A DNA stretch of 64,000 nt from Bacteroides sp. (GTDB taxonomy: Bacteria; Bacteroidota; Bacteroidia; Bacteroidales; Muribaculaceae), in the NCBI GenBank assembly GCA_023665145.1, contig JAMPEM010000004.1:25195-89194 (forward strand), written 5' to 3'. Position 1 is the first letter of the stretch; each line of letters opens with the position of its first letter. The notes beneath the pieces were generated by a model. That model saw nothing but the letters and a program-made list of their open reading frames with translations. It was not told the origin of the DNA and made no database searches. Below are positions 1 to 10,139 of the stretch, in pieces. Both the position numbers and the translations under genes were made by a program.

Positions 1-1
1 T

Positions 2-169
2 CGCAATTCAGGAAACTATAACTATCGCAACTCAAACAACAGCACCAACCGCAGCTCCGGTTCTTTCAATTCAGGCGGCAACCACAGAAGCGGTGGTAGT
101 GGCGGATTCGGTGGTTCAAGAGGCGGTTTCGGTGGCGGCGGTGGTCGCTCCGGTGGTGGCAGACGCTGA
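2..169 (+). CDS. 3' end of a gene encoding a Gly/Arg-rich (RGG) C-terminal tail, most likely a DEAD-box RNA helicase; 5' part lies outside the window
   Basis: Frame-2 reading is open from the window edge to TGA at 167-169. Tail ...SGGSGGFGGSRGGFGGGGGRSGGGRR is typical of DEAD-box helicase C-termini. Confidence 0.45.
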   Translation, partial: RNSGNYNYRNSNNSTNRSSGSFNSGGNHRSGGSGGFGGSRGGFGGGGGRSGGGRR

Positions 170-176
170 CTCTATA

Positions 177-215
177 TTATTCCGATGTCTGTTATAATAA
201 CAGACATCGGAATAA
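177..215. terminator. Perfect 19-bp inverted repeat (ttattccgatgtctgttat / a / ataacagacatcggaataa) 8 nt after the stop at 167-169; putative terminator or operator
   Basis: Read directly; arms 177-195 and 197-215 are exact reverse complements. Confidence 0.45.
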
Positions 216-277
216 CTTTTACACTTTCACACACACAACTAATAATTGTGAATTTATTATTATTTAAAATTTAAATT

Positions 278-1891
278 ATGAAAAAATCACTACTTATTGC
301 ATCCTCTTTATTGTTAATGCCGGGGCTTCTTAAGGCTCAAAGTGCTTTCGATGGTTATAAAATAGCAGAAAATGATCTCAAAGGGACTGCTCGCTTTATG
401 TCTATGGCCGGCTCCTTTGGCGCCCTTGGCGGTGATTTAAGTACATTGTCACAAAACCCCGGAGGGATCGGTGTATATAGATCTTCTGAATTGGGATTTA
501 CTCTTGATCTTGATATTCAGAATGTAACGTCTAAATCACTCGGAAGCTCCACCTCTCAAGACCAAACAAAATTTTTATTGAATAACATCGGTGGTGTTGC
601 TACTTTCAGAATGAACTCCACAACCTGCCCGAATATTAACATCGGTTTTACATATAACAAGGCTGTTTCTTTTAATAGAGCTTATAAAGGTACCATTCCT
701 ACTCTTCATAACTCATTGAGTAATTACATTGCCGGTGTTACTGAAATGTATGGCCCATCTCTGTCCGGCATACAATCCGGCACTGCTTATGATCCTTACA
801 CCAACAGTGCAATTCCCTGGATATCCATTCTCGGATATGACAGCTATCTGATATCACCTGTAGGTGATGAATCTCGCCCTGATTGGGTAGGACAATGGAG
901 TGACGGAACATCCGGTTCCGGTAATTTTGTGACTTCCGAAAAGGGGAGTGTAGATGAATACAACATATCATTCGGTGGTAACTTCGGCAACGTAGTCAGT
1001 TGGGGTATGACATTTGGAATTATGGATATTAATTACACTTCCGAAACAAGATGGGCAGAGTCGCTTGATAATGCTTGGGTATCAAATCCATCTGATCAGA
1101 TAATGCAAACTCGTGCAAATTGGAATCTATACAATTATTATAATTTAAGCGGTTCCGGATTCAACTACAAACTTGGATTTATTGTCAAACCTATTCAGGA
1201 ACTACGTCTCGGATTCGCCTTCCATACTCCCACTTGGTATTCTCTCGACCAATATTTCTACGGAGAAGTAAATTATGATTACAACAATGGTATCCGCCCC
1301 GGATATGCTTCAACCAACAATGGATATGATGGATATAGCGATTTCAACTTCCGTACTCCTTGGCATCTCATCTTTTCAGCAGCAGGAGTCATCGGCAATA
1401 ACTTAATCGTATCTGCCAACTATGAATGGGAACCTACCCATGCGATACATTTCAAAGACCCCTATTCTGACGGATATTTTGATAGCGACAGCTATTACGA
1501 AACAAACCTTGATGCCAAAGATTATTTCCGTTCCACAAATATTTTCAGTATCGGAGCTGAATATCGAGTAACTCCTCAATTCTCCGTAAGAGCAGGTTAT
1601 CGCTATGTGTCATCTCCAACTAAGCCGGAGCTTACTGAAAATAAATTAAATGTTTATACAGCGGGCACTCGTCCACAATATCAACTGGACGATGCAACAA
1701 ACTATATCACATTCGGTCTTGGATATAAATATCAAAAATTTTATGCTGATTTAGCTTACGTTTATAAGCATAAAAAAGCTTCATATCATGCCTATACTCC
1801 GGATCCATCAGAACCTACTATTCCGAGTCCTCAAGCAGACCTGTCGTTAAATAACAACCAAATCGTCCTTTCGCTCGGATTCAAATTCTAA
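278..1891 (+). CDS. Outer-membrane beta-barrel protein, FadL/OmpP1/TodX-like transport family
   Basis: Signal peptide MKKSLLIASSLLLMPGLLKAQ; N-terminal ...GSFGALGGDLSTLSQNPGGIG (NPA/NPG-type FadL motif); C-terminal ...LSLGFKF ends in aromatic residue. Confidence 0.6.
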   Translation: MKKSLLIASSLLLMPGLLKAQSAFDGYKIAENDLKGTARFMSMAGSFGALGGDLSTLSQNPGGIGVYRSSELGFTLDLDIQNVTSKSLGSSTSQDQTKFLLNNIGGVATFRMNSTTCPNINIGFTYNKAVSFNRAYKGTIPTLHNSLSNYIAGVTEMYGPSLSGIQSGTAYDPYTNSAIPWISILGYDSYLISPVGDESRPDWVGQWSDGTSGSGNFVTSEKGSVDEYNISFGGNFGNVVSWGMTFGIMDINYTSETRWAESLDNAWVSNPSDQIMQTRANWNLYNYYNLSGSGFNYKLGFIVKPIQELRLGFAFHTPTWYSLDQYFYGEVNYDYNNGIRPGYASTNNGYDGYSDFNFRTPWHLIFSAAGVIGNNLIVSANYEWEPTHAIHFKDPYSDGYFDSDSYYETNLDAKDYFRSTNIFSIGAEYRVTPQFSVRAGYRYVSSPTKPELTENKLNVYTAGTRPQYQLDDATNYITFGLGYKYQKFYADLAYVYKHKKASYHAYTPDPSEPTIPSPQADLSLNNNQIVLSLGFKF

Positions 1892-1991
1892 AAATTAATA
1901 TATTTACTACAACGTGGTTGACAAATGCCAACCACGTCCATTGTTATATCACTGAACGTTTAACTTGTCGAACTATAATTTTAAGAAATTA

Positions 1992-2909
1992 ATGAGAGGA
2001 AAAATATTTTACCCAATTGAAAATGTGAAACAACTTAGATATTTTCTTCTCCTTGTATTACCTTTCTTTATCACCGCTTGCAGTGAGGATAATGAGCCGG
2101 ATTATGGAGTGTTCCATCTTACGATTGGAACTACGTCTGATGTGGATGTTGCAATGGGCACACATTCTGCTGAGGTTACTATTAACGGCTATGCGTATAA
2201 AATAGATGTTGGCGTAGTCGGAGAGAATGACTCCTTTGTCATCTCTGACGGCTATCCGGATTGGATGACAGTCACCCAATACAGGGATAAACATTTCTAT
2301 ATTGACGTTGCCGAGCTTTCAAGTTCTGAATCCCGCACCGGTGTTGTCAATTTTGTTGTATTCCGAGGCAACAAATCGGAAACCGGCTACATCAGTATTA
2401 CTCAAAATCCACTCACTTATGAGGATTTGCAAAAGACTGAACAACGAGCCATCAAATCATACTTGAAAAAATTTGATGTCTATGATGAACTGCCTCCCTT
2501 AAATGAAATTCAAGTCGGTTCAGTCGCTCCGTTCTACAAACTTGATTCTGACGGCTATGTGTATATGCAAGTCGTAAAGATGGGTTCAGCTCCTGCCGCC
2601 ACTCAGGGCGAAACTATATATTTCCGCTTTCTTCGCTACAACTTGTTGTCATATTTCGAGAATGGCGTTCTACCTAATGGTGAAGGAAATATGAATAGCA
2701 TTGACCAAAGTGTTACTTCTTTCGTTGTCGGCTCAAATCAAGCCTCAACGACTCAATGGGGAACTGCCATTCAGATGCCTATGCTTTTAGGCTTACCTTC
2801 TGACAGCGAAGTTAATCTTGTTGTAGCATCACAAGCCGGATTTACTTCTGAAATAGCGAATGTTATTCCATATCTTTATAACATTCGCTATTATCAAACT
2901 AAATATTAA
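1992..2909 (+). CDS. Hypothetical lipoprotein
   Basis: MRGKIFYPIENVKQLRYFLLLVLPFFITAC = lipoprotein signal with Cys lipobox; start moved from 1965 to ATG 1992. Confidence 0.55.
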   Translation: MRGKIFYPIENVKQLRYFLLLVLPFFITACSEDNEPDYGVFHLTIGTTSDVDVAMGTHSAEVTINGYAYKIDVGVVGENDSFVISDGYPDWMTVTQYRDKHFYIDVAELSSSESRTGVVNFVVFRGNKSETGYISITQNPLTYEDLQKTEQRAIKSYLKKFDVYDELPPLNEIQVGSVAPFYKLDSDGYVYMQVVKMGSAPAATQGETIYFRFLRYNLLSYFENGVLPNGEGNMNSIDQSVTSFVVGSNQASTTQWGTAIQMPMLLGLPSDSEVNLVVASQAGFTSEIANVIPYLYNIRYYQTKY

Positions 2910-2929
2910 TGATACAACAATATACACCA

Positions 2930-3205
2930 ATGACTAAAGCTGAAATTGTTGCCGAGATTGCCAAGAGCACCGGCATTGAAAAGGCGAGCGTTCTCGCCAC
3001 CGTTGAAAAATTCATGGAAGTTGTGAAAGATACTCTCGCTCATGGCGATGAGGTCACCCTTCGCGGCTTCGGGACTTTCCAACTCAAACAGCGTGCCGAG
3101 AAAACAGCTCGCAATATCGGCAAGAACACCACCATCATTATTCCGGCACACAAAATCCCGGCGTTCAAACCCGCTGCAGCCTTCAAAGCCGAAGTTGCCA
3201 AATAA
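2930..3205 (+). CDS. hup: HU family DNA-binding protein
   Basis: MTKAEIVAEIAKSTGIEKASVLATVEKFMEVVKDTLAHGDEVTLRGFGTFQLKQRAEKTARN matches HU/IHF fold signature (RGFGTF...R.ARN). Alternative start ATG 2909 overlaps upstream stop (TAATG). Confidence 0.85.
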   Translation: MTKAEIVAEIAKSTGIEKASVLATVEKFMEVVKDTLAHGDEVTLRGFGTFQLKQRAEKTARNIGKNTTIIIPAHKIPAFKPAAAFKAEVAK

Positions 3206-3574
3206 TATATAATCGTAAGAAAATATTTATTACACTAATCACTTTCCTAATCTTGGGATGTAAGAAGTTTCAAATACAAATTATTCGTTTCATTTAAGTT
3301 GGGAAGTATATTAATTTATTATAAACTCGAGTTCATGATAAGTAAATCCCTAAAAAAGTTGAATCAGTGACTTGATTAAATCGCATATTTAGATAGCAAC
3401 CACATTGATATTTAGTGATTTAGTGTTAACAAATATTAAATACTTAATCATGATTAACGAATGCAATGTAACAACATTTTTGATAAATTAAAATTTCAGA
3501 AAATATAGCACAGCTGTTTTAAATTATAGAGTCGTGTAAAATTTTACGGGATTTACGCTCTCTTTTACTTCAAT

Positions 3575-4855
3575 TTACTTTTTTCGAAGAGAGTCCATAC
3601 GTTTATGCATTACGTCTTCAGCAGGATTAGATTGTGGAATCCAGAATTTTGCATCTTTAAGATCATCGGGGAGGTATTGTTGATCGACGAAATGACCTGA
3701 ATAATCGTGTGCATATTTATATTCTTTGCCATAACCCAGATCTTTCATCAATGATGTTGGTGCATTGCGCAAATGAAGCGGAACCGGGAGATTTCCTGTA
3801 GCTCTTACACATTCAAGTGCTTTATCTATGGACAGATATGCTGAATTACTTTTTATGGATGTCGCCAGGTACACAGTACATTCAGCAAGGATAATCCTCC
3901 CTTCGGGCCAACCTATCTTTGTAAGTGCATCAAAAGTGGCATTTGCAAGTAAGAGTGCGTTCGGATTAGCAAGTCCAATATCTTCTGCAGCTAAAATTAC
4001 GAGTCTTCTTGCAATAAACTTTGGGTCTTCCCCTCCGGCTACAAGTCGTGCAAGCCAATATATTGCGGCATCCGGATCACTCCCCCTTACGGATTTTATA
4101 AAAGCCGATATTATGTCATAATGCATTTCACCACCTTTGTCAAATGCAAGCGGATTTTCTTGCAGACTTTCGGTAACTGTATTGTCGTCAATTACCATTT
4201 TTTTGTCTGAGGGAGTAGCTTGCTCCATTAAATCCAATATGTTGAGCAATTTTCGAGCATCTCCCCCGGCAAATCTGAATAGTGCCTCAGTTTCCTTAAC
4301 TTCAGGAGAGCGTCGCATTAAAATTGGATCTTTTTTTAAAGCTCGTTGAAGTAGTGTTTCAAGGTCACTTTTTTCGAGGGATTTAAGGGTATAAACTTGC
4401 GCCCGTGACAATAGTGGTCTAATTACTTCAAAAGAAGGATTCTCGGTAGTTGCACCGATTAATGTAACCGTTCCTTGTTCAACAGCACCTAGCAAAGAGT
4501 CCTGTTGAGATTTATTGAACCTGTGAATTTCATCTATAAAGAGTATCGGGCGCGACTTTGTGAACATTGAGCCGGAATCTCTTTTGCATTTCTCAAGAAC
4601 TTCTCTGACATCTTTAACGCCGGAATTGACGGCAGAAAGTGTATAAAACGGGGCTTCAGTAGTTTTTGCAATAATCTTGGCGAGCGTGGTTTTACCTACG
4701 CCTGGAGGCCCCCATAAGATAAAGGAATTAATTCTGCCAAGTTCAATCATTCTTCTTATAACACCATCCGGTCCTACAAGGTGACTCTGTCCGATATAAT
4801 CGTCTAATGATTCGGGACGGAGTCGTTCAGCGAGGGGTATATTGTTATTTTCCAT
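3575..4855 (-). CDS. rarA: Replication-associated recombination protein A (AAA+ ATPase RarA/MgsA)
   Basis: Walker A WGPPGVGKTTLAKIIA; overall RarA architecture, 426 aa. Confidence 0.9.
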   Translation of the reverse strand: MENNNIPLAERLRPESLDDYIGQSHLVGPDGVIRRMIELGRINSFILWGPPGVGKTTLAKIIAKTTEAPFYTLSAVNSGVKDVREVLEKCKRDSGSMFTKSRPILFIDEIHRFNKSQQDSLLGAVEQGTVTLIGATTENPSFEVIRPLLSRAQVYTLKSLEKSDLETLLQRALKKDPILMRRSPEVKETEALFRFAGGDARKLLNILDLMEQATPSDKKMVIDDNTVTESLQENPLAFDKGGEMHYDIISAFIKSVRGSDPDAAIYWLARLVAGGEDPKFIARRLVILAAEDIGLANPNALLLANATFDALTKIGWPEGRIILAECTVYLATSIKSNSAYLSIDKALECVRATGNLPVPLHLRNAPTSLMKDLGYGKEYKYAHDYSGHFVDQQYLPDDLKDAKFWIPQSNPAEDVMHKRMDSLRKK

Positions 4856-4891
4856 AGTAAGAAATCTTTAATAAATTTATGATGACGAGAT

Positions 4892-5539
4892 TTATCTGCA
4901 TTGTAGCTCATTGAGTAACTTATTCACATCAATCTCCGTTAGATTATTGACCAATATATCGCTATATGGTCCTATCTGATCTGCGGTAAGTGTTCCAATG
5001 TCACCTATGACAAACGCACCGGCTCGTTTACCGGCTTTTACGCCTTGTAGAGAATCTTCAAACACGGCACATCTTCGAGGATTAACATCAAGTTTTTTTG
5101 CTGCTAATAAATATCCTTCGGGATCGGGTTTTGATTTTTTTACCATATCACCGACCACAATAAAGTCAAACATCTCTTTTATATCAGGCAAACATGAATA
5201 CAAATGAGACATTTTCTTCATATTGCTTGATGTAACCAGAGCAATCGGAACATTATTTTCACGTAATTGGGTTAAAAGCTCCTTCGCACCTTTACAATAA
5301 TTATATATCATTTTGTCTTCTTCATCATGGAGCATTTGTTCCACTTTCGGTCTTACGTCAGGTGAGGCAAAATATGTTCCTAGAATATTTTCAAGTGTAG
5401 TACCTTTAATCACATTTGCAAAATTCTTGATTCCGGTAGGGAAATGGCTTTCGATGCGACTCCAGATTTTGCTATATGTACCCTCGGAATCAATTAGCAC
5501 ACCGTCAAGGTCAAAAAGGACAGCTATATCTCTTTTCAT
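4892..5539 (-). CDS. HAD-superfamily hydrolase (beta-phosphoglucomutase-like)
   Basis: N-terminal DLDGVLIDSE (HAD motif I), 215 aa. Confidence 0.75.
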   Translation of the reverse strand: MKRDIAVLFDLDGVLIDSEGTYSKIWSRIESHFPTGIKNFANVIKGTTLENILGTYFASPDVRPKVEQMLHDEEDKMIYNYCKGAKELLTQLRENNVPIALVTSSNMKKMSHLYSCLPDIKEMFDFIVVGDMVKKSKPDPEGYLLAAKKLDVNPRRCAVFEDSLQGVKAGKRAGAFVIGDIGTLTADQIGPYSDILVNNLTEIDVNKLLNELQCR

Positions 5540-5562
5540 AATAAATTAGAACTCAGTTATTA

Positions 5563-6486
5563 TTAGATTGCGTTTACAGCCAAGTCATATTTGGCTATGG
5601 TGACTGCTTTGTGTACGGATTTCCATTGTTTTCTACCTATTTCTGCTTCTGCGTATTCCCAAAAATTCTTCATTCTGGATACAAGTTGGGAATCCCCGCA
5701 AAGTTTCTCTGAATAATAACGTTTCAGGGTATCATGAAATTTCATCATTGTGTCAATCCTCTTGTCTTTCTGCCATTCGAAACCATCTGTCACTTCAGCA
5801 AACAATGAAGGACGTCCAAGCAATCCTCTTCCACACATCACACCTGCAAGTTGTGGGTATTTATCTTTTAACTCAAGAATTTGCGATGGTGAAAAGATAT
5901 CTCCATTGAATATTACAGGATGGTCGCATATCTTCAAAAATTCTTCAAATGCTCTCAAATCAAGTTCGCCGTCATATTTCTGTTTTGCCATACGTGGATG
6001 GAATGTGACATGTGCAAGTCGAGTATTATTAATAATAGGAAGCAGTTTCACCCATTCATCTGAGTAATTCAGTCCCATACGCATCTTAATGGAGAATGAT
6101 ATTTCATCATTGTCATTGATAATTGAGGAAATCTCCTTCATAATGGGGAGATTGGAAATCATAGCTGCACCTCTTCCATGATTTGTCTGCATAGGGTAGG
6201 GGCAACCTAAGTTAAGATCCACTTCCCGAGCTCCGGAATCCATCACTTGCTCCAACAGTATATTGAACTCATTTAAATCATTAAAGATAATTTGAGGAAT
6301 AAGAAAATGATTGTCGTTTAAGTCTGAATACAAATCTCTAATATCTCGACGTCTGATTTCTCCACGTTCTATTCGGATAAATGGTGTAAAATACGCATCT
6401 GCCTCTCCATATATTTTTGCATGAAAATGGCGAAACGGAGCATCTGTATGCCCTTGCATGGGGGCAGCATATAAGAAAAATGACAT
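5563..6486 (-). CDS. dus: tRNA-dihydrouridine synthase
   Basis: MSFFLYAAPMQGHTD... and LNLGCPYP (Dus catalytic Cys motif); start moved to internal ATG at 6486. Confidence 0.8.
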   Translation of the reverse strand: MSFFLYAAPMQGHTDAPFRHFHAKIYGEADAYFTPFIRIERGEIRRRDIRDLYSDLNDNHFLIPQIIFNDLNEFNILLEQVMDSGAREVDLNLGCPYPMQTNHGRGAAMISNLPIMKEISSIINDNDEISFSIKMRMGLNYSDEWVKLLPIINNTRLAHVTFHPRMAKQKYDGELDLRAFEEFLKICDHPVIFNGDIFSPSQILELKDKYPQLAGVMCGRGLLGRPSLFAEVTDGFEWQKDKRIDTMMKFHDTLKRYYSEKLCGDSQLVSRMKNFWEYAEAEIGRKQWKSVHKAVTIAKYDLAVNAI

Positions 6487-6532
6487 AAATTTTAATTCTT
6501 TAATTCTAAAAAACACAAATTAAGCAGATCGG

Positions 6533-7693
6533 TTACCGGAATTTTCTTCCAGCTAAAATAAGTTGTAATGATGGTGTGTATCGGCCTAATATTTTGAACA
6601 GAAGAAGTAATCCTCCAATGGTAGTGATTAATGTCAGAAAATATATCAGAGAGACAGCAATGAATGTTTTAGGTTGGATTACCTCCATCAAAATAAGATT
6701 TACATAAGAGACAAAAATACCATGTCCCGCGTAGACAAAAAAGGATGCTGCGGCAAGAAATCTGCTTATTTTTATCCTCCTTGATTCAATCAATCGGGCT
6801 GAAACACAATATGCGGAAATCATACCTGCTACCACATTGACGCTTTTCAGTATGGAATATAATGTCATCGGAATATCGTTGACAAGCCATAATACCGTGC
6901 TTATTAATAAATATAGGATTACACTCGCCTTAAAATATTTTCTGAATTCCGTAATCATATCTTGACCATGATAGCTCATGTGAGCACCCCATGTAAAGAA
7001 AAAAAAGCCGGTAAGCATCTGAGAAAAATGGCCTAACTTGAAAGGTGAGAGGACAAACCAAATTGCCCCGAGGATAGCTACTACATACCAACTTGTTTTT
7101 CTCAAGCACAAATATATTAAAGGAGTGCAGACGACAATAATCATTAGATCACGCACGAACCAAAGTGGATAGTCTTGTGGATAAATATTTGAACCGGGCG
7201 GCATTTCTCCGACATAAGAGAAGATGCCATACCATGAATTCCAGAATATTTCCATGATAGCCGGTAATGAAAACTGAAGATGGATATGCTTAAGTGCCGG
7301 TAAAAACTTGCATATAGCGGGGATGAATGCTATAAATCCAATTAAGACTGCAAGCAAATTCCAGCTGATATAAGGAATCAAAAGGGAATGTGTTCTGTTT
7401 TGCAGTTTGTGACCATAGGTATTGATGGTTAGTTTTATACCTATAAAAAACACAAAACCCGCAATAAAAAAATATATTGGAACGCTTTGATTTCTTAAAA
7501 AGGCATCGAAGAAATCATAAAATAATTTGGAGCCGGGCATTTTTTCAAATTTGATCAATTCAGATCCATTGAAAAAGGATCTTGTGGCCACAACATGAAT
7601 CGACGCCACCACAACAGCGAGTGGAAATCGCAATAAATCAAGCGACTGAGATCGCAATGAACGTCTTTGATCAGGTGGAAACAATTCCGGCAT
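6533..7693 (-). CDS. Acyltransferase family 3 (OatA/OpgC-like) polytopic membrane protein
   Basis: About 10 predicted TM helices; N-terminal SLDLLRFPLAVVVASIHV resembles the R-x-D-x-L-R motif of Acyl_transf_3. Confidence 0.65.
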   Translation of the reverse strand: MPELFPPDQRRSLRSQSLDLLRFPLAVVVASIHVVATRSFFNGSELIKFEKMPGSKLFYDFFDAFLRNQSVPIYFFIAGFVFFIGIKLTINTYGHKLQNRTHSLLIPYISWNLLAVLIGFIAFIPAICKFLPALKHIHLQFSLPAIMEIFWNSWYGIFSYVGEMPPGSNIYPQDYPLWFVRDLMIIVVCTPLIYLCLRKTSWYVVAILGAIWFVLSPFKLGHFSQMLTGFFFFTWGAHMSYHGQDMITEFRKYFKASVILYLLISTVLWLVNDIPMTLYSILKSVNVVAGMISAYCVSARLIESRRIKISRFLAAASFFVYAGHGIFVSYVNLILMEVIQPKTFIAVSLIYFLTLITTIGGLLLLFKILGRYTPSLQLILAGRKFR

Positions 7694-7701
7694 TGTGATG
7701 A

Positions 7702-9300
7702 TTACTTGAACGTATCGGGCAAGTCATTCTCGTATAGAACGGTATCACCTTTTGCGAGGATTGTCGACAGAAGTTTTTGAGCCTCATTAAAAGATGCTAC
7801 TTGATAGAGATTGGCTCTATTGAAATCAGTGGCTTCCACACCTTCTATAAGTGATTTTCTGTTATATTCACCAACAATAATTGCCACATCAACATTTTTA
7901 CCAATTATTATACCTAAATTTCTATTTAGTTCAAACTGTTTGTCTCCCAATTCAATCATGCCGGGAGTGACTATAATCCGCTTTCCATCAGTGAAATGAG
8001 CTAACACCTCAACGGCCATTTTTGAACCGGCGGGATTAGAATTGAATGCATCGTCAATGATAGTTACACCTCCCGGGGTTTGTTTTACATTCAGGCGATG
8101 TTCCACTTGTTCTATTCTTGATACGGCGTATTTGATTTTTTCGACAGGTACATTTAGATGTAAAGCGACAATAACAGCGGCTACAAGGTTTGAAATATTA
8201 CATTCACCAACGAGTTGTGTGGATAATTGAATAGAGAAATTGTCAGGTCCGATTATAGTAAATTGTGTGCCTGAAGGGTAATATTTTACATCTATTGCTC
8301 TATACGAACATCCTGGAGTATTGCCGACTCCATACCTTTCAGTCTTGACATTATGTACCTGTCGGTTGGCACAATATTCAAAATCATTATTTATAACAGC
8401 TAAACCATTGGAGGGTAAAGAATCAACAAGCTCAAATTTAGTGGCCTGAACATTCTCTATACTTTTAAAAGATTCGAGATGCATGGGGCCGACGGCTGTT
8501 ACGATTCCTATTTGTGGTTTAACAAGGTCACAAATCTCTTTGACGTCATTCTTTTGTTTAGCCCCCATTTCGCATATGAATATTTTATTATAGGGCTTCA
8601 TCATTTCCCGAACAGTCCTTATGACACCCATAGTTGTGTTATAACTACCGGGAGTCATAAGCACATCGTAATGCTCTGAGAGTATTCGATTAAGATAATG
8701 CTTTGTAGAGGTTTTACCGTATGAACCTGTAACACCAATCACAGTTAAATCGGGCATTGACCTAAGAATTCTTTCGGCATCTTTATAAAATTTGCGGTTA
8801 ATGCATTTTTCTACCGGTGTAAGAATAATTACAGCCAAACATACCGGAATCCATGAAAATACAGCAAGAAGCAGAAAAACTGCAAGAGTAGTGACCGATC
8901 CGGAATATTGGAAGAAGAAATGTGGCTTTCCGAACGCACATATGGCTACAGAAACATATACGATGAGGGCAATTGCTGCAGATACACAATAAATTCGCCA
9001 TACACGTTTGGTAAAGACCAAAGGCTTTTTATATTTCCTTTTAAAAATTAGAAACGTCTTTGCCAGTGCTACAAATGCTATAATCAATGCATTAAGCATC
9101 GGAGTAAGGAGTGTGGAGCAAAGCAAAAAAAGGAGAACGACGTCCACCAATCGCCAAGAGGATGCAATATTTGGTTTCAGCCATCTCCAATATCTCTCGA
9201 GACGGTAAGAATTTTGTTGTAGCATCTGAATGTCATATTTGAAATTCAGAAGCATATAAACTGCACATACTATGTATATTACTATCAAAAAGGCACTCAT
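7702..9300 (-). CDS. MurF-like Mur ligase with an N-terminal ~180-aa polytopic membrane domain in place of the canonical N-domain
   Basis: P-loop GVTGSYGKTSTK at ~aa 193; IDDAFNSNPAGSK matches MurF signature LDDSYNANP. Residues 1-170 form about 5 hydrophobic helices. Confidence 0.7.
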   Translation of the reverse strand: MSAFLIVIYIVCAVYMLLNFKYDIQMLQQNSYRLERYWRWLKPNIASSWRLVDVVLLFLLCSTLLTPMLNALIIAFVALAKTFLIFKRKYKKPLVFTKRVWRIYCVSAAIALIVYVSVAICAFGKPHFFFQYSGSVTTLAVFLLLAVFSWIPVCLAVIILTPVEKCINRKFYKDAERILRSMPDLTVIGVTGSYGKTSTKHYLNRILSEHYDVLMTPGSYNTTMGVIRTVREMMKPYNKIFICEMGAKQKNDVKEICDLVKPQIGIVTAVGPMHLESFKSIENVQATKFELVDSLPSNGLAVINNDFEYCANRQVHNVKTERYGVGNTPGCSYRAIDVKYYPSGTQFTIIGPDNFSIQLSTQLVGECNISNLVAAVIVALHLNVPVEKIKYAVSRIEQVEHRLNVKQTPGGVTIIDDAFNSNPAGSKMAVEVLAHFTDGKRIIVTPGMIELGDKQFELNRNLGIIIGKNVDVAIIVGEYNRKSLIEGVEATDFNRANLYQVASFNEAQKLLSTILAKGDTVLYENDLPDTFK

Positions 9301-9359
9301 TGTCGAGAATTTGTTTTGTCAAAAATAAGATTAAAATTTGAAAGCTGATTTCAGAAGAA

Positions 9360-10139
9360 TTACGCCATATCATTCTTTAGGAACTCACCCGTAACAGCAC
9401 GGAAACCGATTGGATTGTCGAGGAAGGAGTAATGTCCGCAACCAGGGAAAGATACGAGTCCTGCATCCGGTATAAGTTTTTCCATAGTTTTAGCGTCGGA
9501 AAGTGGAGTCGCAGTATCATTATCACCCCAAATAAGCAACGTAGAGGCTTTAATACGAGGCATAACAATTTTTAAATCCTCATTAACACATTTACTCATC
9601 ACAGCCTTCATCATTGGAGATGATGAATTATAATCTGCTGAACCGGCCTTATTCCTCATCTGAGCAATTTTCTTTTCTCCATTCACTTTGCCAAGCAAGA
9701 GAGGGAGCAGCTTTTTTATTGTCTTGAAAGAATAGACTTTAAGATAATATTTAAGTGATCTTTTAGGTTTAATTCCGGCACTGTCTATAAGAATAACCTT
9801 TTTTATTTCCGGATGGCGTGAAGCCATGAGAATAGATATTCTTCCACCAAACGAATGTCCGATTAAAATCGGATTTTTCATTTCGGTTTTTTCTATAAAT
9901 TTCTCCATTTGACGAGTAAAATCTTCTATCCCCCAGACTGAGTCAGGTTCGTCGCTATTACCATGTCCGGCAAGATCAACATTGAAAATATGTAATTTTC
10001 TATTTAAAAATGACTCAATCGAATTCACGGTGGAATGATTACAACCCCAACCATGCATTAGAAGAACATCCTGTGCACCTTCGGGGCCGGATTCTGAATA
10101 GACAATTTTTTTGCCGTCTATAATTATTTCTTTTTCCAT
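9360..10139 (-). CDS. Alpha/beta-fold hydrolase
   Basis: HGWGCN oxyanion region and GHSFGG nucleophile elbow; 259 aa. Confidence 0.8.
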   Translation of the reverse strand: MEKEIIIDGKKIVYSESGPEGAQDVLLMHGWGCNHSTVNSIESFLNRKLHIFNVDLAGHGNSDEPDSVWGIEDFTRQMEKFIEKTEMKNPILIGHSFGGRISILMASRHPEIKKVILIDSAGIKPKRSLKYYLKVYSFKTIKKLLPLLLGKVNGEKKIAQMRNKAGSADYNSSSPMMKAVMSKCVNEDLKIVMPRIKASTLLIWGDNDTATPLSDAKTMEKLIPDAGLVSFPGCGHYSFLDNPIGFRAVTGEFLKNDMA

